A stretch of DNA of 64,000 nucleotides from Mobula hypostoma. Lineage: Eukaryota. Shown one piece after another: positions 63,750 through 64,000 of the stretch. Each line of letters starts with the position of its first letter. Positions within the stretch are counted from its first letter, which is position 1. The stretch is from the NCBI RefSeq assembly GCF_963921235.1, contig NC_086097.1, positions 198,836,001 to 198,900,000 on the forward strand, written 5' to 3'. A program made the translations under genes and the position numbers. The notes beneath the pieces were generated by a model that searched no databases, was not told the DNA's origin, and was given only the letters and a program-made list of their open reading frames with translations.

Positions 63750-64000
63750 AACCTCAAAGTAAATTTATTGTCAAAACAAATACTGTATATATACACCCTG
63801 AGGTTCATTTTTTGTGGGCATTCACAATAACCACAAAGAAACAACATAGAACCAATGAAAAAAAACACAAGCAAACAACTAATGTGTAATGTACAAACTG
63901 TAAATACAAAAAACAATAATAAATAAATAAGCAGTAAATATCAAGAACAGGAGATGATGAGCCCTTGAAAGTGAGCCCATTGGTTGTGGGAACAGTTCAG
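63750..64000 (-). mobile_element. Rex1-type 3' UTR fragment running off the window
   Basis: Matches 18925-19160 (AAGTAAATTTATT..ATACACCCTGAG..GGTTGTGGGAACAGTTCAG). Confidence 0.65.

Noticed and set aside
1..64000. CRISPR arrays, rRNA genes or prokaryote-type systems
   Set aside because: None were seen. The DNA is vertebrate, with spliced genes and TE-derived repeats.

Overview
Vertebrate genomic DNA, almost certainly from a cartilaginous fish (probably a ray or skate, judged from CR1 tails, HE1/V-SINE-like repeats and Penelope-type repeats). There are two host genes in convergent orientation. The last coding exon of TATDN1 lies at 9511-9613 (+). The complete two-exon RNF139/TRC8 ER E3 ligase lies on the minus strand (exon 1 CDS 63006-62844, 28.8-kb intron, exon 2 CDS 34071-32243, 663 aa), with a CpG-island promoter at about 62.7-63.4 kb. 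Most of the remaining sequence is transposable elements: a decayed Gypsy LTR element with PNMA-like gag and an exact tRNA-Pro PBS, many CR1 and Rex1/Babar LINEs, one L1, Penelope-like remnants with minimal hammerhead motifs, two Tc1 elements (one nearly intact), several Tigger/pogo elements and tRNA-derived SINEs. I found no convincing new multi-gene system. The best leads are a four-level nested insertion holding a ~250-bp hairpin, a MER2/Tigger3-like element that may reflect horizontal transfer, a near-intact Tc1, a tRNA/RTE-tailed SINE, hammerhead-bearing Penelope ends and a strong-Kozak uORF ahead of RNF139. Family names come from recalled motifs, not database searches, and many repeat boundaries are approximate.
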